Below the pieces are notes generated by a model that did no database searches, was not told the origin of the DNA, and saw nothing but the letters and a program-made list of their open reading frames with translations. From an uncultured Chloroflexia bacterium (lineage in GTDB: Bacteria; Chloroflexota; Limnocylindria; Limnocylindrales; CSP1-4), in contig CAVVCZ010000006.1 in assembly GCA_963746845.1 (NCBI GenBank), positions 419,187 through 483,186 on the forward strand: a stretch of DNA of 64,000 bases, read 5' to 3'. The position numbers and the translations under genes were made by a program. Each line of letters starts with the position of its first letter. Position 1 is the stretch's first letter. Below, piece by piece: positions 42,332 to 53,219 of the stretch.

Positions 42332-43393
42332 ATGACCGACGTCGCCCTCCCCCCGATCCGCCTCACCGAGCTCACCGACTGCGGCGGCTGTGCCGCGAAG
42401 CTCGGCGCCGACCTGCTGGCCGACGCCCTGGCCGGACTGGGCGCTCAGGCACAGCCGGACGAGCTGATCGCGGGCCTGGCGCCGGCCGACGACGCTGCGG
42501 CCTACCGGATCAGGGACGACCTGGCGATCATCGGGACGCTGGACTTCTTCCCGCCCCTCGTCGACGACGCGCGGACGTTCGGCGAGATCGCGGCCGCGAA
42601 CGCCCTCAGCGACGTGTTCGCGATGGGCGGACGGGTCCTGTTCGCCCTGTCGATCGCGGCGTTCCCCGAGGAGCTGCCGCGGGACGTCCTCGCCGCGGTC
42701 TTCGACGGGGCGGCATCGAAGGTGCGCGAGGCCGGCGGCACGCTCGCCGGCGGGCACACGATCCGCGATCCGGAGCCGAAGTACGGCCTGGCGGTCATCG
42801 GTGCCGGGCACCCGGACAGGCTCCTGCGGAAGGGCGGAGCGCAGGCCGGCGACACGCTGATCCTGACCAAGCGGCTGGGGACCGGGCTGATCGTCAGCGG
42901 CAGCCGCCAGGGGAAGGCCACGAGCGACGACCTCGCCGGGGCGATCGACCAGATGCGCACGCTCAACCGGGCGGCGGCGGACGTGCTCGTCGCGAGCGGG
43001 ATCGCCGGGGCGACGGACGTGACCGGGTTCGGCCTGCTGGGGCACGGCCTGGAGATGGCCCGGGCGTCCGCGACGCGCTTCGTGTTCGACGCCGCGGCCC
43101 TGCCCGCGCTCCCGGGCGCGCTTGCGCTCGCCGCAGCAGGCGTCGAGACCGGCGGCGCCGCCCACAACCGGCGGTTCGTCCGGCCGTCGCTCGAGGTCGC
43201 GCCGGGCCTCGAACCGGACCTCGTCGTCCTGGCCCACGATCCCCAGACGTCGGGCGGGCTCCTGGCGGCCGTGCCCGATCGGCATCTGGCGGCCGTCCGG
43301 GACGGGCTGGCCGGCGCCGGCGTCGAGCACTGGGTGGTCGGCCGGGTCGAGGCCGTGGCCCCGAGGTCGGAACCGGGCGTCCGCCTGGCGTGA
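42332..43393 (+). CDS. selD: Selenide, water dikinase (Cys form)
   Basis: CGGCAAK, DDAA.Y, TLDFFPP.VDD, ANALSDV.AMGG, GGHT, TDVTGFGL.GH, DPQTSGGLL. Confidence 0.95.
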   Translation: MTDVALPPIRLTELTDCGGCAAKLGADLLADALAGLGAQAQPDELIAGLAPADDAAAYRIRDDLAIIGTLDFFPPLVDDARTFGEIAAANALSDVFAMGGRVLFALSIAAFPEELPRDVLAAVFDGAASKVREAGGTLAGGHTIRDPEPKYGLAVIGAGHPDRLLRKGGAQAGDTLILTKRLGTGLIVSGSRQGKATSDDLAGAIDQMRTLNRAAADVLVASGIAGATDVTGFGLLGHGLEMARASATRFVFDAAALPALPGALALAAAGVETGGAAHNRRFVRPSLEVAPGLEPDLVVLAHDPQTSGGLLAAVPDRHLAAVRDGLAGAGVEHWVVGRVEAVAPRSEPGVRLA

Positions 43394-44064
43394 TCGTCGC
43401 CCTCATCCCCGGCTACAACGAGGCACCGCGGATCGTCGCGGTCGTGTCGGCGACGCTGGAGCACCTGCCGGTCATCGTCGTCGACGACGGCTCATCGGAC
43501 GGGACGGCGACCGTGGCTCGCGAAGCCGGCGCCACCGTGGTCGAGCAGCGGCCCAACCAGGGCAAGGGTGCGGCCCTCCGGGCGGGTTTCCGTCGGGCGA
43601 TCGACGACGGGGCCGACGCGATCCTCACCCTGGACGCGGACGGACAGCACGACCCGCGCGAGATCCCCCACTTCCTCGAGGCGGCCGCGGCCGTTCCGCC
43701 GCCGGACCTCGTGATCGGACGGCGCAACTTCCGGGCGATGCCGCCGGTCCGGCGCCTCTCGAACGAGCTCGGCCGGATCGCGTTCTCGTGGGCGGTCGGC
43801 GAGTCGATCCCGGACAACCAGTCCGGCTACCGGCTCGTCTCGCGCCGGCTCGCCGAGGCGACGCTCGCGAGCGACGAGCACGGCTTCGCGTTCGAGGTCG
43901 AGCAGATCACGACGTGCATCCGGATGCACGGAACGATCGCCTGGGTGCCGATCCGGACGATCTATGCCGGCGAGCCGTCCCACATCCGGCCGATCGCCCA
44001 CCTGCGGGAGTTCATCCGGATCGTCCGTCAGGCGCGCCGCGACGTCCGGACCCCGCTCGGCTGA
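43390..44064 (+). CDS. Glycosyltransferase family 2 (DPM1-like)
   Basis: IPGYNE, VVDDGSSDGT, NQGKG, LDADGQH, DNQSGYR. GTGA overlap with selD. Confidence 0.88.
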   Translation: MIVALIPGYNEAPRIVAVVSATLEHLPVIVVDDGSSDGTATVAREAGATVVEQRPNQGKGAALRAGFRRAIDDGADAILTLDADGQHDPREIPHFLEAAAAVPPPDLVIGRRNFRAMPPVRRLSNELGRIAFSWAVGESIPDNQSGYRLVSRRLAEATLASDEHGFAFEVEQITTCIRMHGTIAWVPIRTIYAGEPSHIRPIAHLREFIRIVRQARRDVRTPLG

Positions 44065-44264
44065 CAGCGCCGGTCGGTCATCCGCAACTCGGATGAGTCC
44101 GGTCCGGGTGACGCGTGGGCGCGCGCGCCGTCGCGTCCGGTCGAGCGCGTCCGGCCGTGAACCCATCCGCGACGCGGATGGCGCCCGTCCCGCAGTCCAG
44201 CGTCGTCCAACCGCGACGGCCGGAGGCTAGACTCCGGGTGTCAGTACCCGCAGTGAGGCACCAC

Positions 44265-46196
44265 GTGCCGAAGGACTACGTTCGTCTGACCCAGCCCCTC
44301 GTTCGCGATTCGAAGGACGCACCCCTGCGCCCCGCGAGCTGGGACGAGGCCCTGACCCGGGTCGTCGCGGGCTTCGAGGCGGCGAAGGCCGCCCACGGAC
44401 CCACGACGTTCGGTGTCTTCTCGTGCTCGAAGGCGACCAATGAGGTCAACTTCGCGGCGCAGAAGTTCACCCGGGCCGTGCTGGGCAGCAACAACATCGA
44501 CAGCTGCAACCGGACCTGACACGCCCCGAGCGTCGCCGGTCTGGCGATGGTGTTCGGTGCCGGTGGCGGCACAAGTTCATACCGTGAGATCGAAGAGACG
44601 GACCTGATCGTCCTGTGGGGCAGCAACGCCCGCGAGACGCACCCGATCTTCTTCCATCACCTCCTCCGCGGCGTCCGCAACGGCGCCCGGCTGTACGCGG
44701 TCGACCCACGCCGGACGAGCAGTGCCGAGTGGGCGGACACGTGGCTCGGGCTCGACGTCGGGAGCGACATCGCGCTGGCCAACGCCGTCGGCCGCGAGAT
44801 CATCGCCGCCGGTCTCGAGAACGAGGCGTTCATCGCGCGGGCAACGGAGGGCTTCGAGGCCTATCGGTCGAAGGTCGAGCCCTACACGCTCGAGTACGCC
44901 GAGCGCGAGACGGGTGTCCCCGCCGACGCGATCCGCGAGCTCGCCCACGCCTTCGCGAAGGCCGACAAGGCGATGATCTGCTGGACCCTGGGCATCACCG
45001 AGCACCACAACGCGGTCGACAACGTCCTCGCCCTCATCGACCTCGTGCTGCTGACCGGTCACATCGGTCGCTGGGGCAGCGGCGTGAACCCGCTCCGCGG
45101 CCAGAACAACGTCCAGGGTGGCGGCGACATGGGCGCCCTGCCGAACCGGCTGCCGGGCTTCCAGCACGTCGAGAACGAAGCGCTTCGCGCGAAGTTCGAC
45201 GAGGCGTGGGGCGTCACCGTCCCGCCCCACCGCGGCTGGCATCTCTCGGAGATGTTCGACGCCATGGAGCGCGACGAGCTCCGGGCCATCTACTGCATCG
45301 GCGAGAACCCCGTCCAGTCCGAGGCCGACCAGACGCGGACGAAGCACCTCCTCTCGACCCGGGACTTCATGGTCGTCCAGGACATCTTCCTGACCGCGAC
45401 GGCGGAGCTCGCGGACGTCGTGCTGCCGGCCGCCGCGTCGTGGGCGGAGAGCGAGGGCACGGTCACGAACTCGGAGCGACGCGTCCAGCGGGTCCGGAAG
45501 GCGCTCGAACCGCCGGGCGAGGCGCGCGACGACCTGTGGATCATCGTGGACATCGCCCGCCGGATGGGCTCCGACTGGAGCTGGCAGACCGCGGAGGACG
45601 CCTGGAACGAGCTGCGGACCCTGTCGCCCGTCCACGCGGGGATGTCCTATCGGCGACTGGAGGAGCTCGGCGGGATCCAGTGGCCGTGCTACGACGAGAA
45701 CCACCCGGGTGAGCCGTTCCTCCACAGCCGGCTCTGGGAGGACCCGGTCCCGGGCAACCGCGTGCCGTTCGTGCCGGTCGACCACGACCCGCCCGTCGAC
45801 AAGCTGGACGCCGACTATCCAATCCGGCTGACGACCGGCCGCCGACTCGAGTCGTACAACACCGGCGTCCAGACCGGGGGCTACACCTCCCCGTTGCGGC
45901 GCGGCGAATCCCTCGACATCTCGCCGGAGGACGCGCTGACCTACGGTCTGGCCGACGGCGAGCGGGTGCGGGTCGTGTCGCGCCGCGGCCAGGTCGAGAC
46001 GCCGATCCGGATCGACGAGGGCCTGCGACCGGGCCTGACGTTCATGACGCTCCACTTCCAGGACGACGTCGCGACGAACCTTCTGACCATCGATGCGACC
46101 GATCCGAAGTCCGGCACGGCCGAATTCAAGGCGACCGCAATCCGGATCGAGAAGCTGTCTGTTCCCGACGGGGCGGGTGCCGTCGTCGGGTCCTGA
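44265..46196 (+). CDS. fdhF: Selenocysteine-containing formate dehydrogenase catalytic (Mo/W-bisPGD) subunit, lacking the N-terminal Fe-S domain; UGA at 44517-44519 = Sec
   Basis: Two in-frame ORFs separated only by TGA in NNIDSCNRT-U-HAPSVAGL; LRGQNNVQG catalytic Arg region; DVVLPA, GTVTNSERRVQ, TTGR, C-terminal EFK. Confidence 0.92.
44520..44550 (+). promoter_or_regulatory. Bacterial SECIS element
   Basis: Hairpin cgtcgcc-ggtct-ggcgatg starting 11 nt after the UGA; spacing and GGUCU apex match the E. coli fdhF SECIS. Confidence 0.8.
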
Positions 46197-46217
46197 CCGG
46201 ACGAGGCGCGGCGAATT

Positions 46218-46517
46218 TCAGCGGCCCCCGCCGTAGCTCGACAGGTTGCCGCCGCCGCCGGCTGGCAGGAGCCGCTGCCGGGCGGTGTATTCCCGGGCCG
46301 CGCGGACCTCGAACCGAAGGATCTCGGCGTTGATCGCGTCGCGTTCCGGCCCCCGGGCCAGCCCCAATCGTCGGAGGAGGCCCGCCCACGAGTCCCCGGA
46401 CCCGCTCGTGGCGGCTGGCCCGGACTCGTTCGCCGCGGCGGCCACGGCCGGCGAGCCCATGGGTCCCAGAACGAGCAGGGCGGCCAACACGCCACATCCG
46501 ATGCGATTCATCACCAC
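46218..46517 (-). CDS. Small putative secreted protein
   Basis: Signal-peptide-like N-terminus (basic residue, hydrophobic core, AVA/AAA); GGGAG RBS; divergent from the ECF sigma gene. Confidence 0.5.
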   Translation of the reverse strand: MVMNRIGCGVLAALLVLGPMGSPAVAAAANESGPAATSGSGDSWAGLLRRLGLARGPERDAINAEILRFEVRAAREYTARQRLLPAGGGGNLSSYGGGR

Positions 46518-46715
46518 TCCCTGCCAGCGACGAGGCGTCTGGCTCCGGCGTCAACGCCGCCGGCGAACGGGATTGCCGTGGATGAACACCGGCACCCGCT
46601 ACGAATGACGCGCCTCGTTCGCCGAGGGATAGGCCCTCCAGATCGAACATCGCCCTATCGATTCGGGTGCGACCGGCGTCGGTTGAGACGAGGGCTGGAC
46701 AATGAAGGGAGCGGA

Positions 46716-47312
46716 GTGGAGGCTCGACTCGTCGCACGCGCAGATGGGGAGCCCATGGGGTCCGGCGACAGTCTGGTCGATCGGGCGAGCAGGGGCGATA
46801 CCGTCGCGTTCCAGACATTGCTCGAGCCCCGGATCGCCGCGTTGCTGCGACTGGCCTCGGCAATCCTCGGCGACGACGACGATGCCCGCGACGCCGTCCA
46901 GCAGGCCAGCATCCAGGCCTGGCGCGAGCTGCCGCACCTTCGGGATGCGGGTCGGTTCGATGCGTGGCTCGGGCGGATCACCACCAACGCATGTCGGACC
47001 ATGCTCCGCGGCCGGCGGCGACGGCGGATCCGCGAGATCCCGGTCGGCTCGCTCGACGAGGCCGGCGAGATCGCACTTGGGATCCGGACCACGCCGAGCG
47101 AGGCCGATCGAACCGGCGAGATCGAGATCGTGAGCCGCGCGTTCGACCGACTGACCGCGGACGCGAGGATCGTCCTCGTCCTTCATCACCTCGAGGGTCG
47201 ATCGATCGCCGACACGGCCGCGGTCGCCGGCGTCTCGATCCCGACCGCCAAGTGGCGGCTCCACCAGGCCCGGATCGCCCTCGAACGGGCACTGGAGGTC
47301 GAGCAACGATGA
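46716..47312 (+). CDS. ECF RNA polymerase sigma-70 factor
   Basis: GD..AF, DAVQ, F.AWL.RI..N (region 2), S..TAKWRLHQAR (region 4). Start 46716 or 46755. Confidence 0.88.
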   Translation: MEARLVARADGEPMGSGDSLVDRASRGDTVAFQTLLEPRIAALLRLASAILGDDDDARDAVQQASIQAWRELPHLRDAGRFDAWLGRITTNACRTMLRGRRRRRIREIPVGSLDEAGEIALGIRTTPSEADRTGEIEIVSRAFDRLTADARIVLVLHHLEGRSIADTAAVAGVSIPTAKWRLHQARIALERALEVEQR

Positions 47313-48190
47313 ACCGGGTCACCCTGACCGACGACCTGCTGGCCCGGACGCTCGCGGCGCGCGCCTTCGATCAACTCGCTGCGGACACCGTGGCTCGCGA
47401 GATCGCGGCCGACGCCGTCCTCGAGGCCGCACGAACCCCGCAGGCGCGACGATCGCACTGGCCCAGCTCCGCGCGCTGGAAGCTGTCGCTGGCCGCAGGG
47501 GCCGTCGCGCTCGCGGCGGTCGTCGGCATCGTCGTGATCGGCCGTTCGACTCGCCCCGCGGTTCGGGACCTTGCGGTCGGCGTCGGCTCGATGGACGCCC
47601 GCGTGCTGGATGGCGGTCGCTATCGGAGCCGGGTCTTCGAGCCGAACGTGGAGCTCACGATCCCCGCGGGACGCTGGGTGGTGACGGCGAGCCGACCCTC
47701 CGAGATCGAGCTGCGCGCGTTCCGGCCTGGACAGCCCGAGGACGAGAGCGGGGCCCTGACGATCGTGCACATCGAGAGCGTGCTGACCGCCGGATGCGGC
47801 TATGGCGAGACCAGGGAGTGGTCGCCCGTCGGTGGGGGCGATCCCGGGTTGTTCATGGACTGGCTGCGCAGCCAGCTCCCGGCCAATCTCGGGGCGGCGA
47901 CCCCGGTGACCATCGCCGGCCGGCCCGGGCTGCAGGTCGAGCTCCAGCCGTCCACGGACCTTCGGCAGACCTGCGACTACGGGTTCGTCCTCACCGATGT
48001 CGGAACGGCCGCCACGCCGGCGCTAGTCGAGATCCCGATCGATGGCCGTCCCGTCCGGCTGGCCACGATCGGGGTGTCCGGGCGGCCGTTCGTGGTGATG
48101 ACCGCCGGGCCGTGGACGAACCAGTTCGGCGACACCACGGGCGATGCCGAGGCCGTGATCGCGTCCATCACGCTCCCGGCGGGGCCCTGA
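47309..48190 (+). CDS. Single-TM protein with extracytoplasmic domain (probable anti-sigma factor)
   Basis: ATGA overlap with the sigma gene; short N-terminal helical domain, one TM helix, beta-rich C-terminus with two Cys. Confidence 0.65.
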   Translation: MNRVTLTDDLLARTLAARAFDQLAADTVAREIAADAVLEAARTPQARRSHWPSSARWKLSLAAGAVALAAVVGIVVIGRSTRPAVRDLAVGVGSMDARVLDGGRYRSRVFEPNVELTIPAGRWVVTASRPSEIELRAFRPGQPEDESGALTIVHIESVLTAGCGYGETREWSPVGGGDPGLFMDWLRSQLPANLGAATPVTIAGRPGLQVELQPSTDLRQTCDYGFVLTDVGTAATPALVEIPIDGRPVRLATIGVSGRPFVVMTAGPWTNQFGDTTGDAEAVIASITLPAGP

Positions 48191-48269
48191 GCCGATCCGG
48201 ACGGCGCGCGGCGCACGGCATGCGCGGTATCGTGGCTCGATGCGGGATCCTGTGAACCCGGGCTGAGCC

Positions 48270-48743
48270 GTGGCGGATCTCACCCATCGGACGAGCCGGG
48301 AGGTCGACCAGCGGCCGGACGTCGTCCACGACCGGCTCCTGCAGCTCGCGGCCCGACTGCGTGACGAGGCGCCGTCGATCGAGCCGGGGACCCAGGCGGC
48401 GACGATGCTCGGGATCACCGGGAGCGTCGGGATCGAGGTCGCGGATCGCGGACCCGCCCGGATCGAGCTCCGGACGACGCGTGGCCGGGTGCGGGCCCAG
48501 GGCGCGGCCGTGATCGGCGCCGCCGACGCCGGACGGACCGCGCTCACGATCGGCGTGGCGATCGAGCCCCAGGGCATCGCGGCGAACCTGATGCTCGGCG
48601 CCGCGCTCGCCACACGCCCGACCATCCGCACGGAGGTCGTCGACCGGCTGGAGGCGGGCATGACCGATCTCGCCGTCGAGCTCGCGAAGCCGGACGAGGC
48701 ATGGGATCCCGCCGCCTGGACACCGCCCGGCCTGCCTCGCTGA
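48270..48743 (+). CDS. Hypothetical protein (possibly SRPBCC/CoxG-like)
   Basis: Codon usage typical of the genome; alpha/beta pattern ending in a helix. Confidence 0.55.
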   Translation: MADLTHRTSREVDQRPDVVHDRLLQLAARLRDEAPSIEPGTQAATMLGITGSVGIEVADRGPARIELRTTRGRVRAQGAAVIGAADAGRTALTIGVAIEPQGIAANLMLGAALATRPTIRTEVVDRLEAGMTDLAVELAKPDEAWDPAAWTPPGLPR

Positions 48744-48845
48744 GCGGTGTCCGGCTCGACGAGCCGTCTCCCGGAATTGCCCAGATTCTGCGAGGATGAG
48801 CGGTCCACGGCCGCAGACGTCGACCGGCCTCGGAGGGACAGCTCG

Positions 48846-49166
48846 ATGGCGCACTACCTCTTCCGCGCGTCGTACACACCGTCCGGGATCCAGGGGGTCC
48901 TGAAGGAGGGAGGCTCGGCCCGGTTGCCGGTCATCGAGAAGCTCGTCGCGAGCGCGGGCGGCAAGGTCGAGGCCGCGTACTGGGCGTTCGGATCCGACGA
49001 CTTCGTCATGATCGCCGAGCTCCCCGGCAACGTCGCCGCGGCCTCGCTCGCGTCCACCGTCTCGGCGACCGGGACCTCGTCGGTCAGCACGACCGTGCTC
49101 CTGACGGCGGCCGAGATGGACGACGTCGCGAAGGCCCACCCGAGCTATCGGGCGCCGGGCGCCTGA
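48846..49166 (+). CDS. GYD domain-containing protein
   Basis: MAHYL..ASYT..G..G, GGK....YWAFG.DD, T.VLLT..E. GGAGG RBS. Confidence 0.8.
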   Translation: MAHYLFRASYTPSGIQGVLKEGGSARLPVIEKLVASAGGKVEAAYWAFGSDDFVMIAELPGNVAAASLASTVSATGTSSVSTTVLLTAAEMDDVAKAHPSYRAPGA

Positions 49167-49239
49167 TCTGCCTCGAACGGCCCGGCCGGCGATCGGCCGA
49201 CCGGGCCGGCATCCACGGGGGCAAAGGAGAGAAACGGCC

Positions 49240-49671
49240 ATGCCGAGCGCAACGAGGACGATCCGGATCGCTCGTGCGCCGGACCAGGTCTTCGCGTTCT
49301 TCACCGATCCCGCGAACGACCCGTCCTGGCGCCCCCATGTCAAGGAGATCTCGGCCGACGGCCCCGCCCGCGTCGGCGCGAGGATCCACCAGGTCGTCGA
49401 AGGGCCGGGCGGTCGGGGGATCGCCGCCGACGTCGAGGTCACGGCCTACGAGCCGTCGACCCGCTACGCGTTCAAGGTGGTCGCCGGCCCCGCGCGGCCG
49501 GTCGGAGAGTTCCGGTTCTCCCCGTCCGGCGACGGGACGGAGGTGACCTTCTCCCTCAACGCCGAGCTCGGCGGGCTGAAGGGCCTCTTCCTGTCCCGAC
49601 CCGTCCAGTCGTCGATGGACGGCGAGATGGCCGGTCTCGACACGGCCAAGGCGAACCTCGAAGGCGGCTGA
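49240..49671 (+). CDS. SRPBCC family protein
   Basis: I.IARAP..VFAF..D..N.P.W. AAGGAG RBS. Confidence 0.8.
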   Translation: MPSATRTIRIARAPDQVFAFFTDPANDPSWRPHVKEISADGPARVGARIHQVVEGPGGRGIAADVEVTAYEPSTRYAFKVVAGPARPVGEFRFSPSGDGTEVTFSLNAELGGLKGLFLSRPVQSSMDGEMAGLDTAKANLEGG

Positions 49672-49726
49672 CGGGCTCCGCGTCCGGCCGGCCCGTCGCT
49701 GGATCGACGCGGCTACACTCGGGTCG

Positions 49727-51561
<1,835 letters not shown>

Positions 51562-51565
<4 letters not shown>

Positions 51566-52587
51566 GCCTCCACCCACCGCCCCCGCCGGACGAGCCGGTC
51601 CCACCGATCCTCCTCGAGCCCCCGGCCCGACCGAGCCGGCTGCCCGCCGCCCCGCCGGAGCCGCCGCGCGCCCCGGTCGAGCTGACCATCGACGGCGTCG
51701 CCGTCAGCGTGCCCGCCGGCTCGACGATCCTCGACGCCTGCCGTGCCCAGGGGATCGACACGCCGACCCTCTGCTACCTCGAGAACCTGACGCCGGTCAA
51801 CGTCTGTCGCGTCTGCGTGGTCGAGGTCACGGGCTCGCGCGTCCTCGTCCCGGCCTGCTCGCGCAAGGCCGAGCCGGGGATGGAGGTCCAGACCGACACG
51901 GACCGGGTTCGCCTCAGCCGGAAGATGGTCCTCGAGTTCCTCGGCTCGTCGGTCGACCTGTCGACGGCACCGTCGGCGCTGGACTACATCGATCGCTACG
52001 ACGCGGATCCCGACCGGTACGGCCCGCCCGCCGCGCCCGCCGGAGCCGGCGAGCGCGACGCCCACGAGGCCGGTCACCACCACGCGCCGCCGGTCGATTC
52101 CGCGCAGACCGTCCACCAGCCGGTCAAGGTGGACAACGAGCTGTACGTCCGCGACTACGCGAAGTGCATCCTCTGCTACAAGTGCGTCGAGGCGTGCGGC
52201 GAGGATGCCCAGAACACGTTCGCGATCGCCGTCGCCGGCCGCGGGTTCGACGCCCGGATCTCGACGGAGGCGGCGGTCCCGCTGCCGGACAGCGCGTGCG
52301 TCTACTGCGGCAACTGCATCGGGGTCTGCCCCACCGGTGCGCTGATGTTCCGGTCCGAGCACGAGATGCGCGCGGCCGGCACGTGGGACGAGGGCGCCCA
52401 GACCATGACGGAGACGATCTGCCCCTACTGCGGCGTCGGCTGCTCGCTGGAGCTCCACGTCCAGGACAACGAGATCGTGAAGGTCACCTCGCCGCTCGAC
52501 TCGTCGGTCACCGACGGCCACCTCTGCATCAAGGGCCGGTTCGGCTTCCAGTTCGTCCAGAACCGCGGGCCGCGCGACAACCCGTGA
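51562..52587 (+). CDS. Fe-S subunit equivalent to the N-terminal part of FdsA/FdhF ([2Fe-2S], 2x[4Fe-4S], Mo-proximal [4Fe-4S])
   Basis: PTLC...CRVC...AC; CILCYKC.EAC; CVYCGNC.GVCP; C-terminal TICPYCGVGC...HLCIKGRFG. Confidence 0.92.
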
Positions 52588-52622
52588 TCACGCCGGCGAC
52601 GACGATCGGCTGAGCGGGCGGG

Positions 52623-53195
52623 ATGACCACGCCTCGTCGCGGTCGGATCATCCTCCTGAACGGCACGTCCTCGAGCGGCAAGACGACGCTGGTGCGGGCC
52701 CTCCAGGCGGTCCTCCTCGATCCATGGCTGGAGATCGGCATCGATCGCTTCGTGTTCGCCCTGCCCCGCCAGTACCGGGACCAGCCGCTGTGGTCCGAGG
52801 TCTTCCGGTACGTCCGGGAGCCGGGCGCCGCCGCCGATCGCTTCACGATCGAGACCGGCCCGCTCGGGGAGCGAATCGTGAGCGGGATGCACCGGACGGT
52901 TGCGGCGCTCGCGCACGAGGGCCTCGACGTCGTCGTCGACCACGTCCTGCTCGAGAGCGGGTGGCTCGCCGAGTGCCGCAGGCTCTGGGCGCCGTACCGG
53001 CTGCTGACGGTCGGCGTCCGCTGCCCGCTCGAGATCGTGATCGAGCGCGAGCGCGCCCGTGGCGATCGGACGATCGGGCAGGCCGCGGCGCAATACGCCG
53101 TCGTCCACCGATGGGGCGGCTACGACCTCGAGGTGGACACCTCGACGACGACGCCGGAGCTGGCCGCGACCCGGATCGCCCTCGCCGTCGGCTGA
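52623..53195 (+). CDS. Chloramphenicol phosphotransferase-like P-loop kinase
   Basis: IILLNGTSSSGKT, GID.F, VVVDHV, RERARGDR..G.A, YDLEVDTS. Confidence 0.85.
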   Translation: MTTPRRGRIILLNGTSSSGKTTLVRALQAVLLDPWLEIGIDRFVFALPRQYRDQPLWSEVFRYVREPGAAADRFTIETGPLGERIVSGMHRTVAALAHEGLDVVVDHVLLESGWLAECRRLWAPYRLLTVGVRCPLEIVIERERARGDRTIGQAAAQYAVVHRWGGYDLEVDTSTTTPELAATRIALAVG

Positions 53196-53219
53196 TTGCG
53201 CACGGGCCTGGCCCGTTCC

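Noticed and set aside
42380-42400. Sec in SelD
   Set aside because: Both codons in the CGGC motif are Cys (TGC/TGT); there is no UGA.
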